40,533 nt of DNA from Minisyncoccota bacterium (GTDB lineage: Bacteria > Patescibacteriota > Minisyncoccia > Minisyncoccales > UBA5738): NCBI GenBank assembly GCA_041663885.1, contig JBAYLX010000002.1, positions 1 to 40,533 of the forward strand. Direction: 5' to 3'. The position numbers were made by a program, and so were the translations under genes. The notes beneath the pieces were generated by a model. That model ran no database searches. It worked only from the letters and a program-made list of their open reading frames with translations, and had not been told where the DNA came from. Shown here one piece after another: positions 39,968 through 40,533 of this stretch (its first letter is position 1; each line of letters begins with the position of its first letter).

Positions 39968-40533
39968 TCATTTTATCTTTGACTCTTTAATCCACTTTTC
40001 TTTTGCATCAAAATATAACGGATCAATTTCAATCAGTTTGTCGAAAATTTTTTCAATCCTTTGATCTTTGTTATATTCAAATGGTATTCTTTGCAAAACT
40101 AAACCCAAACTATCGATATTTCTCCCTCTTAATTTTACCGGATAGTCCGCCAAAAACTCAACAACCTCAAGACATTGGCCATATCCCAGCAAATCCCTTA
40201 CCTTCTTTAAAATATCTCCAGTAGAATAATACGGCCACCAATTTATTCCATCAATATTTTTTTCTTTAGCAACACTTTCAACCCACATTTTTTCAGTTTT
40301 TAACACCTTCCAAAGCAAGTCATAACATTCAGCACGTTTATTCTCAATATTCTCTTCAATAAACATAAAAATATCATTAAATGCCGCACTGTTAAAATGA
40401 TTCGCGATAACGCTCAAATAGCAGTGAGATATTTGAAAAACTTTTTCGTAATCAGATTTTTCTTCCGTTATTAATTTCCAGAAGTGCCACGCAAAAGAAG
40501 TATTGATAATATCAACGTTTCTTTCAATAATTT
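39968..40533 (-). CDS. Hypothetical protein, 5'-partial (frame stays open to the window end)
   Basis: The track lists 149 aa from a TTG at 40417. I translated the same frame upstream (…IIERNVDIINTSFAWHFWKLITEEKSDYEKVFQISHCYL-SVIANHF…) and found no stop up to position 40533. Confidence 0.55.
   Translation of the reverse strand, partial: IIERNVDIINTSFAWHFWKLITEEKSDYEKVFQISHCYLSVIANHFNSAAFNDIFMFIEENIENKRAECYDLLWKVLKTEKMWVESVAKEKNIDGINWWPYYSTGDILKKVRDLLGYGQCLEVVEFLADYPVKLRGRNIDSLGLVLQRIPFEYNKDQRIEKIFDKLIEIDPLYFDAKEKWIKESKIK

Noticed and set aside
1-40533. Alternative genetic code (UGA recoding, as in some candidate phyla), tRNA/rRNA genes, and IS elements or integrases
   Set aside because: Long housekeeping ORFs close normally under the standard code, including with TGA stops. 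I saw no T-arm GGTTCGAATCC-type tRNA signatures and no rRNA-like sequence, and none of the listed ORF translations looked like a transposase or recombinase.

Overview
This is a 40.5-kb chromosomal window from a small-genome bacterium. I infer it is Patescibacteria/CPR-like, because almost all starts lack a Shine-Dalgarno, the aaRS genes are trimmed, and there are many secreted orphan proteins. Gene content in order:
- A minus-strand translation/cell-wall block: valS, aspS, an S11 DD-carboxypeptidase, mraY, a PP-loop ATPase, a 426-bp gene-free gap, murD, and partial ftsW.
- A second minus-strand block: thpR, murC, sufS, sufE, a membrane protein and an orphan histidine kinase.
- A small hypothetical gene, tsaC, a GAF-ANTAR regulator, a PG-binding beta-propeller exoprotein and glnA.
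- A six-gene plus-strand surface-protein locus. It holds two paralogous fibre proteins, one ending in a phage tail-fibre intramolecular-chaperone domain.
- Inositol-3-phosphate synthase plus a CDP-alcohol phosphatidyltransferase, a padR-like gene, an HhH protein, efp, a DUF948-like protein, a zinc-ribbon protein and mgtA.
- A stand-alone 541-aa coiled-coil orphan, an unannotated 56-aa Cys-rich ORF, a DUF4349-like protein, mltG, and an AT-rich terminal islet with two orphan genes.

I recognised no rRNA, tRNA, CRISPR array, transposase, integrase or reverse transcriptase. I did not find a complete, obviously new multi-gene system. The best leads are:
1. The PP-loop enzyme wedged between mraY and murD, a possible MurD2/MurL-type route to D-Glu.
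2. A glnA leader with a terminator and an overlapping hexaloop hairpin, near the GAF-ANTAR gene.
3. The modular fibre/adhesin locus.
4. An EF-P lacking the modifiable loop residue, behind a leader with inverted heptamer arrays.
5. A hairpin-dense non-coding stretch next to the Cys-rich micro-ORF.

All functional calls rest on motifs read by eye. No database search was run.
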